In this document: positions 9,414-19,488 of the stretch, one piece after another | How the letters are laid out: each line of letters begins with the position of its first letter | How positions within the stretch are numbered: the first letter of the stretch is position 1 | Assembly: GCA_965214095.1 (NCBI GenBank) | Contig: OZ243938.1 | Location: forward strand, 4,352,001-4,416,000 | Length of the DNA stretch: 64,000 bases | Direction: 5' to 3' | Source of the DNA: Candidatus Poribacteria bacterium | Lineage (GTDB): Bacteria > Poribacteria > WGA-4E > WGA-3G | Translations under genes and position numbers: made by a program | Notes under the pieces: generated by a model | The model's input: the letters and a program-made list of their open reading frames with translations, nothing else | Told to the model about the DNA's origin: nothing | Databases searched by the model: none

Positions 9414-10493
9414 TTAGAATGTCCATAGGACACTCAAGAAATGGGTGTTAATAAGATCACCGATGAGAAGCGCGTAATCAAGACTGAACTGATTGAGTTG
9501 TAGACCGACCCCGCTTGTCAACCGACTGTCACGCATACCTATTCGTATCGCTAACGGTTGCGTAAGTTCATATTCTATTCCCACATGTGATTGTCCACCA
9601 TAACGTTCCTGCCATTGATAAGAAATGACACATTCTCGATTGAAAATGAGTTTAGTAAAATATGCAATCCCGATATTCAGATTTGCAGGAATTGATTCTT
9701 TATCAGCAGTAGCGGTATTCCAGGTTAGGGTGGTCTGAGATATGTCTTGCACATTCACACCGAGGGCAAATCCGCCTGCATTTGCGAGACCGAATAGTGC
9801 ATTCATATCTGGTAGTCGGATTAGCATTCCGGCATCAAAACCGTATCCTGTGCTACCGTAGTTGTGGAATAGAGACGTTACATCATCAAGTTCACCAACC
9901 CCACTGAATCTTTGATAGATGCCTTTTACATTTATGCCGAACAGGAATTCCGGAGGGATTGAATCTCTTCCGAAGTTGTCCCACCAAGATTGACTGACGG
10001 CAAAGCGCGTTGCCAGTGAAAGCACAAAAGCATTTTCGCTATCATTTAGATACCCGGATGGAGTGAAATCTTGTTCTGTTGGTCGGTATCTTGGGTTGTT
10101 TTTGCGTTGGTCAGCACTGATTGCTGGATCAAAAGCGGGTACGTCATAATAGATTGGAATATCATCAATCCCTGCTCTAATCCATGACAAACCGACTGTT
10201 ACATAAGGTAAAAAATTGCCTGTTCCACTGATGTAACTAAAAGTCCCTAAACCTGAACGTCTTGCGGCATGCATCAAACAGACTTGATAATTGTGAGTTC
10301 CTCCGGCAATTCCCGCAGGATTCCAATAGGTTGCAGTTGCATCGTCAGCAATACCAACATACGCACCGCCAAGTCCAAGTGCGCGTGCACCGATACCGTT
10401 TGTCAGAAAATCACCTGTGTAATTCTCTGCATAGGTGGGTAATGTGACAAACAAACTGCATATAATTATGAGAAAGAGATTTCGTTTAGACAA
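9414..10493 (-). CDS. PorV/PorQ-like outer-membrane beta-barrel protein
   Basis: Signal peptide; GIGARALGLGGAYVGIADDATATYWNPAG; terminal Phe. Confidence 0.75.
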   Translation of the reverse strand: MSKRNLFLIIICSLFVTLPTYAENYTGDFLTNGIGARALGLGGAYVGIADDATATYWNPAGIAGGTHNYQVCLMHAARRSGLGTFSYISGTGNFLPYVTVGLSWIRAGIDDIPIYYDVPAFDPAISADQRKNNPRYRPTEQDFTPSGYLNDSENAFVLSLATRFAVSQSWWDNFGRDSIPPEFLFGINVKGIYQRFSGVGELDDVTSLFHNYGSTGYGFDAGMLIRLPDMNALFGLANAGGFALGVNVQDISQTTLTWNTATADKESIPANLNIGIAYFTKLIFNRECVISYQWQERYGGQSHVGIEYELTQPLAIRIGMRDSRLTSGVGLQLNQFSLDYALLIGDLINTHFLSVLWTF

Positions 10494-10615
10494 AAGTCAT
10501 TGTTCCTTGATGTGTTTTTGTTTTTGTAAATAGTTCAGATATGATAGGCGTTATGAATATAGGACCTATTCTGAATAATAATGTAGCACTAAATGATTTG
10601 TAACAAAACTTACAA

Positions 10616-10720
10616 TTATAGTGAATTATAAATATAAGTTGACACTTTCGTCCCACGGTAGGCGAGGTTTCCTAACCTCGCCGATGCAGAGTGTTCAAGT
10701 AATTTCAAAATCTACTATAA
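10616..10720. repeat. 105-bp MITE-like element (TTATAGT...ACTATAA ends) with GTAG-REP hairpin; copy at 38675-38779
   Basis: Near-identical second copy; GGTAGGCGAGGTTTCCTAACCTCGCC palindrome. Confidence 0.85.
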
Positions 10721-10770
10721 TGAAACATGTTGTCCCAATTGCATATTCATATCTATATTGAGTAATATCC

Positions 10771-10795
10771 GAGGCGGAATGAATTGCGCGACTAC
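10771..10795 (-). repeat. GTAG-REP hairpin (GTAGTCGCGCAATTCATT type); related to 32069-32090
   Basis: Reverse complement of the REP at 32069. Confidence 0.6.
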
Positions 10796-10877
10796 TAACC
10801 AACTATTTGTTCAATTAGGTTCAAGTGCACCCAATCCTGTTTGCGGTACTCAGAAAAGAATACAATAGACGAATACA

Positions 10878-11309
10878 TCACCCCACACTAAATGTCTCAG
10901 AGTAGCCGTTCACATCTATTGTATAGTCCCCTGCTCTACAGTATCCAAGAAAAATCATATCAATATAATATGGACTGGCAATAGAACATTCAACGTTACC
11001 TCCCATTATTGTCTGTTTGATCTCAATAAAAATTGTATCACCATCCGAAAAAATTGGGTATCTATCAAACACATGAGGCATAATATCAGGATCTATCTCG
11101 TAGTTTTCAATACAGTTATCCCCTGATAGTGTGCCAACAACCAAAAGTGAAATGGCAAAAACTTCCGGCGCGTCCGGTAGGTCTATTGCTGTTGCAATTA
11201 CTTCAACGTCTTTAATGGGCATCAATTCTATTACATCTCGGTTACATCCCATAAGATTTGCTGTGATTAAGAGAGTTAAACCTATAAATGAGAGTATAGA
11301 ATTTCGCAT
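10878..11309 (-). CDS. Hypothetical lipoprotein
   Basis: Signal peptide with lipobox-like LMGC. Confidence 0.65.
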   Translation of the reverse strand: MRNSILSFIGLTLLITANLMGCNRDVIELMPIKDVEVIATAIDLPDAPEVFAISLLVVGTLSGDNCIENYEIDPDIMPHVFDRYPIFSDGDTIFIEIKQTIMGGNVECSIASPYYIDMIFLGYCRAGDYTIDVNGYSETFSVG

Positions 11310-11387
11310 AATTTATGCTATTTCACTGTGTTTGTTGATAGTAATCTTCAACCATTAGTAGCAATATCCACATATTTTCATCAATTC

Positions 11388-12251
11388 TTATACGCGATTG
11401 AGTTCAAAATCGTTCCAATAATATTGATATTTTTTTGATTTCCATCCTTTATAGATTTCGTCCCATTGCATTCGGTTAAAGTGCGGTAAGAGGGAGCCTT
11501 CAGTCACGGGTTGTGAACATCCTTGGTAGCGATAATCTACAGATAAGCGAATCCTGTCTGATGTTTGATTTGGCAATGCCTTGTGTACAGTATGGCTATG
11601 AAAGAACATCGCATCTCCAATTTCGTAATCACCAGAAACCCAATGTAACCCATCAGTTTCTAAAGGTTCGGTGTCAATGCCAAGTCCTCCTGCCCCGAAT
11701 GCAGGTTGGACAGGATAGATGCCAGACCGATGCGAACCTACCAATACTGTCAATCCTCCAAAATACGTCGGACAATCACCAAGCGGTATCCAACCGGTAT
11801 AGGTTTCTTCTGTTCCACGGATATGGATAAAATCTTGGTGTGCAGGTGTTGTATATTTAGTGTTTTCTGGGAACATAATTCTTCCAATATTCCGAGGATG
11901 CACCAGGGTTTTTTCTCCAAACAATTTGTCACACATATTTATAATTGCTGGGTGATGTGCAAAAGCATGGAACGATTCCAACGATTGAAACTCGTCTAAC
12001 ACAGGCCAATATCCGTCGTCACCCTCCATATATGGACCTCCTATGCGGATTCCCTCCATCAGTGAATCTCCTCCCTGTGCCCATCCATGTTGGTGACATA
12101 TCTCTAAGAAATCTCGTCGTAAATTTAGAATTGAATCTGAATCTATCAACCCCTTAAAGTATAGATACCCATCTTGTTTTGCCCGTTCTTGAAGTTGTTC
12201 TGGTTGATTTAATAGTTCGTTTGATATTGTAAAAGATTCTATCCTTGCCAT
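11388..12251 (-). CDS. Phytanoyl-CoA dioxygenase (PhyH) family Fe(II)/2OG dioxygenase
   Basis: TPAHQD, WIPLGD, HSHTVH, RLSVDYRY. Confidence 0.9.
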   Translation of the reverse strand: MARIESFTISNELLNQPEQLQERAKQDGYLYFKGLIDSDSILNLRRDFLEICHQHGWAQGGDSLMEGIRIGGPYMEGDDGYWPVLDEFQSLESFHAFAHHPAIINMCDKLFGEKTLVHPRNIGRIMFPENTKYTTPAHQDFIHIRGTEETYTGWIPLGDCPTYFGGLTVLVGSHRSGIYPVQPAFGAGGLGIDTEPLETDGLHWVSGDYEIGDAMFFHSHTVHKALPNQTSDRIRLSVDYRYQGCSQPVTEGSLLPHFNRMQWDEIYKGWKSKKYQYYWNDFELNRV

Positions 12252-12422
12252 ATTTTACCTCAATAGTTAAGGAGGTTTCTATTCGTAGATGTTATATCTG
12301 TAATTATAGCAATTAAACATCAGGAGTGCAAATCATATCAATTGTGTGTGTTATGATAATTCTTCACCATAATTTTCAGAATATGCTACAATCCTAACAA
12401 TCCATTGATGAGGAGGAATGAT

Positions 12423-13604
12423 ATGCTTAGTATAAAACATATTGAAACATTCACATTGAATGTACCGTTTTATTGTGATCGTGTCAGTCGGCACATGTAC
12501 CGTGCTTTAACACACGGTGAACGCGTTTGTGTCTACCGAGTGGAACTTAGTAATTCAGAGATTGGATATGGTGAAAACTTATCTGATGAGTCTGGCAATA
12601 TTGAACGTTTGATTGGACAAAACCCGTTCGCTTGTATGAATGATGATGGTGTTGGTTTCGGTATTCAGATGGCACTGTACGATGCAGTTGGGAAAAGTGT
12701 TGGCGTGTCTGTGTCAGATTTGATCGGTCCAAAAGCGCGGGATCGTAGTCCGATTTCATGGTGGGATATTGATATGCCACCGGAGGACTGGGTCGCAGAG
12801 GTGCAGGAATCTGTGAAGCGGGGTTATACTTCTGCAAAACTCAAAGCAAGACCTTGGCGTGATATATTTGCACAGGTTGATGCTGTTGGTAATGCTGTAC
12901 CCGATAACTACCGTCTTGACATTGACTTTAACGGTTTCCTCAGAACTGCGGATAATGCAATTCCAGTGCTACAAGAACTGGATAACCATCCGAATGTCGC
13001 AATCTATGAGAGTCCATTTTATCTTGGGACAGATTTGGAAGGTGCAGCGAGATTACAGGAAGCAGTAGAAAAAAGGATTGTAGAACACTGGAATGAAAAC
13101 TGTCTGCATGCACGTTGTTCTGGTGGATTTGTTGTCGGTGGTGGAGTAAACTCCCTACTACGTACGAATGCACTCTGTGCTTCGTTTGATCAACCGTTTT
13201 GGCTGCAGATGGTTGGGACAGGCATTACTACTGCCTATTGTGTGCATCTCGGTGCTGTGCTTTCACAAGCTGAATTGCCCGCAATTACATGCCACGAATT
13301 GTGGGAATCGGATCTACTTGCCAAACGACTTGAAGTTGTTGATGGGACTATTGAAGTTCCTGATAAACCCGGTTTGGGAGTTGATATAGACGAGGACGCA
13401 TTAAGAGAATATAGTGTTGACTCATCAACACCTACACCACAGCAGTTATTCCATCAGAGTGATTATACTTGTAGGGTACATATTCCAAATCCTGATGGTG
13501 GAGAGACAGTCCACGATTTTGAGAATGAAGGTGTGTACTATCCTGCGTTCAGTGAAGGAAAATATCCTGGATTTGTTCCCGGTGTTTGGATGGAGGTAGT
13601 TTAG
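12423..13604 (+). CDS. Mandelate racemase/muconate lactonizing enzyme (enolase superfamily)
   Basis: MALYDAVGK, KLK, DFN, ESP, PDKPGLGVDID; GAGGAGG RBS favours ATG 12423. Confidence 0.85.
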   Translation: MLSIKHIETFTLNVPFYCDRVSRHMYRALTHGERVCVYRVELSNSEIGYGENLSDESGNIERLIGQNPFACMNDDGVGFGIQMALYDAVGKSVGVSVSDLIGPKARDRSPISWWDIDMPPEDWVAEVQESVKRGYTSAKLKARPWRDIFAQVDAVGNAVPDNYRLDIDFNGFLRTADNAIPVLQELDNHPNVAIYESPFYLGTDLEGAARLQEAVEKRIVEHWNENCLHARCSGGFVVGGGVNSLLRTNALCASFDQPFWLQMVGTGITTAYCVHLGAVLSQAELPAITCHELWESDLLAKRLEVVDGTIEVPDKPGLGVDIDEDALREYSVDSSTPTPQQLFHQSDYTCRVHIPNPDGGETVHDFENEGVYYPAFSEGKYPGFVPGVWMEVV

Positions 13605-13657
13605 GGTCTTAGGTGAAATTTCGTAATGCTCCAGTTGTGATGTGGCTGGAGCATTTA

Positions 13658-14566
13658 TTATGTAATTTCATCAAAATAATCTGAGTCTACTCGTTTGATT
13701 TCGTAAGTTTTGGTTGTAGAAACGCCAACATCATGCTCAATCATAAGTTCTGCCAGCCGAGTCCCATTGATAAGTACAATTTTTTTTGTGCTTCGTTCAG
13801 CAAAACGTTCAGCTGACTGATTAAAACCAGATGTTGTTATGAATACACCCTTCTGTGCACCTTTTCCATCTAATGCTCCTATAAAATCTCTAATTGGTGG
13901 TTCTCCAACATTTGCTTCCCACCGTTTTGCTTGAACGTAAATCACATCAAGACCGAGTCTGTCTTCGTTAATGACACCATCAATTCCACCATCTCCACTA
14001 CGTCCAACAGCTTCTGCATCCTCTCGTGAACCACCATAACCCATGGCTACTAAGAGATCAATAACAAGTTCCTCAAAGAAGGTTGAGGTGTTATTTTTTA
14101 TTTTATCCAAAAGCTCTGCTGCCAATTCTTCATGAATACTTTGGTAAATTCTGTCAATAGCCTCAATAGTATTCTCCTCTTCTGTTTGATCTTGAAATTG
14201 AACATCCTTTAGTTCTTCTTCTTGATTTGGATTTTCTCCTTCTTCTACAAGAAAGTATGGTTTCCTTTTTCCGTCAGGTTGTACCACTTTGCCTTTATCC
14301 TTGAGAGAGTGTAATGCGTCCCTAACCATGAAATAAAAGATATTGCTCCTATAAGGATTCTTCATCGTAGCAGCTTTTTGTGCCTCAGATAAATTGAAAT
14401 ACTCGGATAATCTATTTTTACACTCCTTTATCGTAATTCCTTCAGTAGGAAAATCAAGCTTAAGAATGGCATTACTTATTTCATCATTTGTTGGAAAATC
14501 TATAGTATATTCTTCATAAGTTTCATGATTATATGCATTTCTTGAGGTAGTTTTTATGTTATCCAT
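13658..14566 (-). CDS. mrr: Mrr-type (type IV) restriction endonuclease
   Basis: N-terminal wHTH-like region; FFEELVIDLLVAMGY, DGGIDG, YVQAKRW, GVFITTS. Confidence 0.9.
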   Translation of the reverse strand: MDNIKTTSRNAYNHETYEEYTIDFPTNDEISNAILKLDFPTEGITIKECKNRLSEYFNLSEAQKAATMKNPYRSNIFYFMVRDALHSLKDKGKVVQPDGKRKPYFLVEEGENPNQEEELKDVQFQDQTEEENTIEAIDRIYQSIHEELAAELLDKIKNNTSTFFEELVIDLLVAMGYGGSREDAEAVGRSGDGGIDGVINEDRLGLDVIYVQAKRWEANVGEPPIRDFIGALDGKGAQKGVFITTSGFNQSAERFAERSTKKIVLINGTRLAELMIEHDVGVSTTKTYEIKRVDSDYFDEIT

Positions 14567-14716
14567 AATAATTCTCTTTTGGAAATTGAATATGTAAATA
14601 GTTTGACATAGGTTACATATTCTGTCAACAAGATTCTATCAAATGGTAGGCCTATTTTGTTGTATAAATTGCCAGTTGATGTGTTTTGCTAAGAGTTAGG
14701 TTGAATTGTAGCGATG

Positions 14717-14791
14717 CATAGTAGTAGGCACACGCCGTGTGCCGTAATTTCCTCTCAGGTGGACGGCACGCGGAGCGTGCCTACTACCATG
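14717..14791. repeat. Inverted GTAG-REP doublet (REPIN/BIME-like); copy at 39297-39375
   Basis: GTAGTAGGCACACGCCGTGTGCCGT ... ACGGCACGCGGAGCGTGCCTACTAC; imperfect CAG...CTG outer inverted repeats at 14673/14816. Confidence 0.8.
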
Positions 14792-15038
14792 ATGGATTCG
14801 CAAAAAACATGATCTGCAATACATTAACGACTGTAAGAAGATGCATCAAAGATATTGAAAACGAAATTTCCTGTATCCAATGGTGTATGTGGGCATCTTG
14901 CTATGGTGTTCTGACAGAATCTCGGAAAGCACCGAGCATGTGGAGTTGGGGAATTATAGATGCTTCGCCGCGTTTTCAGTGCCTTCCGCGATTCTGCATA
15001 TCGTGGTTGAAAACCACTCCAACAATTAATATTTTACA

Positions 15039-15812
15039 TCAACTTTCACTATACAACCTCTCTATCACATCACATATATCCTGAGCATCCGCAAGATATT
15101 CATTCATTGTCTTTTCAATAAACTCCTCAGGAATTCCATGCATTGCTTCTGCGATTGCACCTGCAATTGCTCCAAGTGTGTCAGCATCGCCACCAATTGA
15201 TATTGCATTCCGGACAGCATCTTCATAACTCTCCGATTCCAACGCACAAATTATTGCTTGTGGGACAGTGCCCTGACAAGTCACGTCAAATGAGTAGTCA
15301 GGTCGTATATCGTCAACAGACATGGTTAAGTCATAAACGTATTCGTCTGCAATTACTTTGCGGATGTTCGTTGGACTTTCGTCTTGAAATGCCAGCCAGA
15401 TAGCATGTGTAGTTGCACGCGCCCCTTTCATGCCTTCAGGATGACTGTGGGTTATTTCAGTTACTTTATCGGATGCAGCAAGAGCAGCGTCTAGGTTATC
15501 ACGATTTAGGAATGCAGCGGGAGAAACACGCATCGCAGCACCGTTACCATAACTATTGTATGGTTCAGGAGGATCTTCATGAATCCATTGTGCAAACATA
15601 CCACCATAACCTCTGCCAGGATAATTTTGACACCATTTTTGCATCGTCTCTGCGGGTGGTAGGTCGTGCAATAATATATCCGCTACTGCTAATGTGCAAA
15701 CAGAATCATCTGTAAAAAAACACTCCTGAGTAAAGAATTCAAATTCTTTGGTTTTGATAGGTTCCCACTCATATATGGAACCAACAATATCTCCGATAAT
15801 TGCACCTATCAT
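15039..15812 (-). CDS. ADP-ribosylglycohydrolase family protein
   Basis: GAIIGDIVG, FTDDS, SYGNGAAMRVSP, GGDADT. Confidence 0.92.
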   Translation of the reverse strand: MIGAIIGDIVGSIYEWEPIKTKEFEFFTQECFFTDDSVCTLAVADILLHDLPPAETMQKWCQNYPGRGYGGMFAQWIHEDPPEPYNSYGNGAAMRVSPAAFLNRDNLDAALAASDKVTEITHSHPEGMKGARATTHAIWLAFQDESPTNIRKVIADEYVYDLTMSVDDIRPDYSFDVTCQGTVPQAIICALESESYEDAVRNAISIGGDADTLGAIAGAIAEAMHGIPEEFIEKTMNEYLADAQDICDVIERLYSES

Positions 15813-16022
15813 TTATTGCTCCTTTATTTCAATCTATGTATAGTAGTTTTAATTTTTATGTTTTATATAAATCTTTGACTTAGAGACTCATCCTACCCCC
15901 ATTATAATTATGCTGTCTTTTTATAGATTTGTCTATTTTATTTTTACCAATCATGAATATGGATCTTGTGATAAAATAGAGGATACCACACGTCAATTAT
16001 CTATATCAATTAGGAGAATAGA

Positions 16023-16862
16023 ATGAACGAAAAGCTTTTTGTTAGTCAAGAATTCACACCAGTCAACGGGTTCACATCAGGGATAGAAGGACCTGCATGT
16101 GATGCTGATGGCAACCTTTATGTCGTCAACTTTGATAGACAACATACAATCGGAAAAGTGACACCAGAAGGAGAAGCGAGTGTTTTCGTAGAATTGTCAA
16201 ACGGTAGCATCGGCAACGGTATCCGCTTCAATAGCGAAGGTTATATGTTCATAGCAGACTATACAAACCACAATGTTTTGAAAGTGGATATGGATACCCG
16301 TGAAATTAGCGTTCACGCACACGAGTCTGATATGAACCAACCGAATGACCTTGCTATCGGTGCAAATGATATTCTCTATGCGAGTGACCCGAATTGGGGT
16401 AATTCTACCGGACAGATTTGGCGAATTGATACGAATGGTCAGGTTACGTTATTGGAAGCGGATATGGGAACTACAAACGGAATTGAGGTGAGTCCAGATG
16501 AAAAGAGACTTTATGTCAATGAATCTGTGCAACGTAATGTATGGACTTATGACCTATCGCCTCATGGTGAGGTAAGCAATAAGCGACTATTAATTCAATT
16601 CCCCGATTTTGGTATGGATGGCATGCGGTGTGACATTGAGGGTAATCTGTATGTTACTCGACACGGTAAAGGCACGATTGCAAAACTGTCACCTGATGGT
16701 GAGGTGTTATTGGAAGTAGAGTTGACTGGGAAAAATTGCACAAACATTGCATTTGGTGGACCGGATGGGTGCACGTGCTATGTTACGATGGCGGATCGTG
16801 GGAATGTTGAGGTATTACGTGCTGACAAACCGGGTAGGAGTTGGAAGTTGTTCCAAAGGTAA
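16023..16862 (+). CDS. SMP-30/gluconolactonase family protein
   Basis: EGP, PNDL, NGIEVSPD, DGMRCD, TNIAFGG. Confidence 0.9.
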   Translation: MNEKLFVSQEFTPVNGFTSGIEGPACDADGNLYVVNFDRQHTIGKVTPEGEASVFVELSNGSIGNGIRFNSEGYMFIADYTNHNVLKVDMDTREISVHAHESDMNQPNDLAIGANDILYASDPNWGNSTGQIWRIDTNGQVTLLEADMGTTNGIEVSPDEKRLYVNESVQRNVWTYDLSPHGEVSNKRLLIQFPDFGMDGMRCDIEGNLYVTRHGKGTIAKLSPDGEVLLEVELTGKNCTNIAFGGPDGCTCYVTMADRGNVEVLRADKPGRSWKLFQR

Positions 16863-17204
16863 TTCGTTCTTGATGTTTTGTAAATTATTGACAAATTTTG
16901 TGATTTGTGATAATCTTTCGTAAATATTTACAATTGGAGGTATATCATGAAACAATTCTGTCTTATTCTAGTCCTTGTCTTAATTTGTAGCACATTTGCA
17001 TCTGCAGATTTACTTGATGGTCTTGTGCTAAATATGCCACTTGATGAAGGAAATGGTAACGAGACAAAGGATATATCTGATAATGGGTTTACAGGTACAA
17101 TAATGGGTGCTGCCAAATGGGTTGAAGGTAAATTTGGTGATGCCTTGGAATTCAACGCGTCTGCAGATTTCGTTGAAATCGCTGATGACGATGCATTTCA
17201 TATT

Positions 17205-18246
17205 AGACATTATAATGATTTAGTTGCAAGTTTAGTTAACCTCTGTTATTCTAATTACAATCTTATAAATGGAGGTTTTCTCATTATCGTTTTTGAAGAT
17301 ATTAAGGACAAAGCTGATACGCTTCTATCTCTCACTGGATATACTTTAGAAGAGTTTACAAAACTATTACCTCATTTTTCTAAATGTTTTTTAGCTTATA
17401 TGGAAACACATACCCTTGATGGAAAACCGCGCATAAAACGGAGATATAAACCCTACAAGAATAGTTGTTTTGCTTCACATGAAGATATGTTGCTATTTAT
17501 ATTAATTTATCTTCATGAAGCTCCGAAACAGGTTCTATTCGGCACGCTCTTTGGTATGGCTCAACCTCTTGCGAATAAATGGATTCACTTGCTTTTACCG
17601 ATATTGAACACCGCATTAGCAGAACTTGAAGAGCTGCCATCTCGGGAAACAGTTCCCACATCTATGTGTGATACTTGTGAGGTATCAAGTCAAAGTCAAG
17701 ATAAAGCGTATTTTTTTTCATGATGGTATAGAACGGCGAATACGGCGTCCAAGAGACCCAGAAGCTCAAAAGGCATATTATAGCGGTAAAAAGAAATGTC
17801 ATACAGCAAAAAATAATCTGATTATCAATGAGAGCTGCAAAGTCGTCCTATTGACACCCTCTTTTGAAGGAAGACACCATGACAAATACATAGCTGATCA
17901 GGTGGGCTATTGTGTGCCCCCGGGAAGCACCTTGTATCAAGATACCGGTTTTCAGGGGTTCACTCTTCCTGATGTTCACATCGTTCAACCGAAGAAAAAA
18001 CCGAAAGGTGGAGAACTGACAGAAAAAGAAAAAGAAATCAATAGAAAGATAGCGTCTATACGCATACGTGTTGAACATGCCATTAGTGGTGTCAAAAGAT
18101 ACCGCATTGTCAAAGACAAACTCAGAAATTGGAAGAAAGGGTTTTGTGACTTAGTTATGGAAACCTGTTGTGGTTTACACAATTTTCGACTAAACTTCAG
18201 ACCCTGGTGTTATGAAACTCCTACTATTTAATTCATTATAATGTCT
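17205..18246 (+). mobile_element. IS5-family (ISL2-like) insertion sequence, 1042 bp, 3-bp TSD ATT
   Basis: TIR AGACATTATAATGA/TCATTATAATGTCT; ATT at 17202-17204 and 18247-18249. Confidence 0.9.
17283..18231 (+). CDS. IS transposase split in two frames at a T8 run (17711-17718)
   Basis: HTH part LLFILIYL...LFGMAQPLANKWIH; DDE part HDGIER, YSGKKKCHT, QDTGFQG, RIRVEHAI; GGAGG then ATT 17283. Confidence 0.8.
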
Positions 18247-18785
18247 ATTGAAGATGAGATTACACAAGCAGCTTGGGTTAAATTGAACCAACTACCAAGT
18301 GCACATGCAGTCATCTTTGGAACACGTGGAGGTGGCGGTGCAAGACATATCGGTTTCGGTTATGGAATGAATCCACAAAATGGCATCAAAGTTTGGACAA
18401 ATGGTGCTGGTGGTGGGTTCAAGGATATCAACGATAATGTGACGAAATTAGAAGTTGGTAAGTGGTATTATCTATCCTATACACATTCATCGGACAATAA
18501 CGGTAAAGTAAAAATCTATGTGGATGGAGAAGTCACACTTGAGAACGATTCTGGTAATCCTGTTGCCCCCGCAGGCGTTACAAGTCGCATTCAGATTGGC
18601 ACTTGGTCAGGTGAAAAATGGCCAGGTGTAGTTGATGAAGTCCGTCTATGGAATCGCGTCCTTTCTGATGCTGAAATGGAAGAGAGTATGAATTTAGGAT
18701 CTGACGAATTACTTGATGTCAATCCTAAAGACAAATTAGCCACTGCCTGGGGTTCAATAAAGAGTATTCGTTAATCAATCATATT

Positions 18786-18814
18786 AGGCGGCATTCCTTG
18801 CCGCCTCTTTCTTT
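18786..18814 (+). terminator. Rho-independent terminator
   Basis: AGGCGGCA-TTCCT-TGCCGCCT stem followed by CTTTCTTT. Confidence 0.7.
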
Positions 18815-18838
18815 CAGTACAAAAATGATAAAATCTAT

Positions 18839-19387
18839 ATGCAAGTCTATGAATCTATATTAACCCGTCTTGAAAAAACCGCGAAACAGTATACCAATAT
18901 CGCTCCAGAAAACGGGCAGTTCCTATCAATTCTCACCCGATCAATTCATGCCAAATATGTCCTTGAAGTAGGTACCAGCAACGGATATTCTGCAATTTGG
19001 TTTGCAGCTGCACTCAAGGAAACAGGTGGTAGACTTATCACCTTAGAAAACGATCCAAAACGCGCAAAAGAAGCACAGTCAAATCTCAGTGAAGCAGGAC
19101 TTGATGATATTGTTGAGATTCGTGTTGGGGATGCACTTCAGGAAATATCCAAATGTGATTTTACTTTCGATCTCGTGTTTCTTGACGCTGAGAAAGGTCA
19201 ATACCTTCAATACTTAGAATTAGTGTTGCCAAACATCCGTTCAGGTGGTTTAATGATTGCTGATGATACAATTACCATGCGTGATGAGATGTTGGATTAT
19301 GTAGAATTTGTCTTTAATACACCACTATTAGATTCTGTTGATATCCCGTTGGATGATGGGATTATTTTAAGTTATAGAACTGAGTAG
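18839..19387 (+). CDS. O-methyltransferase (family 3)
   Basis: VLEVGTSNGYS, FDLVFLDAEK, ADD. Confidence 0.9.
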   Translation: MQVYESILTRLEKTAKQYTNIAPENGQFLSILTRSIHAKYVLEVGTSNGYSAIWFAAALKETGGRLITLENDPKRAKEAQSNLSEAGLDDIVEIRVGDALQEISKCDFTFDLVFLDAEKGQYLQYLELVLPNIRSGGLMIADDTITMRDEMLDYVEFVFNTPLLDSVDIPLDDGIILSYRTE

Positions 19388-19488
19388 TGAGTTGTTACAA
19401 GTACATATATCAGATAAACTGTGATAAAACTAAACTTGGCCAACTGATGTATTTTATTCTGCATCTTTGATGATAAAGGAGAAAGAAA

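Larger units (their letters stand above)
16947..18774 (+). pseudogene. LamG-like secreted protein interrupted by IS (16947-17204 + 18250-18774; 260 aa when rejoined)
   Basis: Removing the IS restores ...DDAFH-IEDEITQAAW...; paralog of 19489-20277. Confidence 0.9.

Noticed and set aside
14921-14936. tracrRNA-like GCACCGAG hairpin
   Set aside because: Only a short match; no anti-repeat, cas9 or array nearby
14737-15084. 115-aa ORF on + strand
   Set aside because: Starts inside a REP doublet, has no RBS or protein motifs, and overlaps the opposite gene
16947-17723. 258-aa ORF as a genuine single gene
   Set aside because: Chimera of the LamG N-terminus, IS end and transposase; TIR and TSD lie inside it
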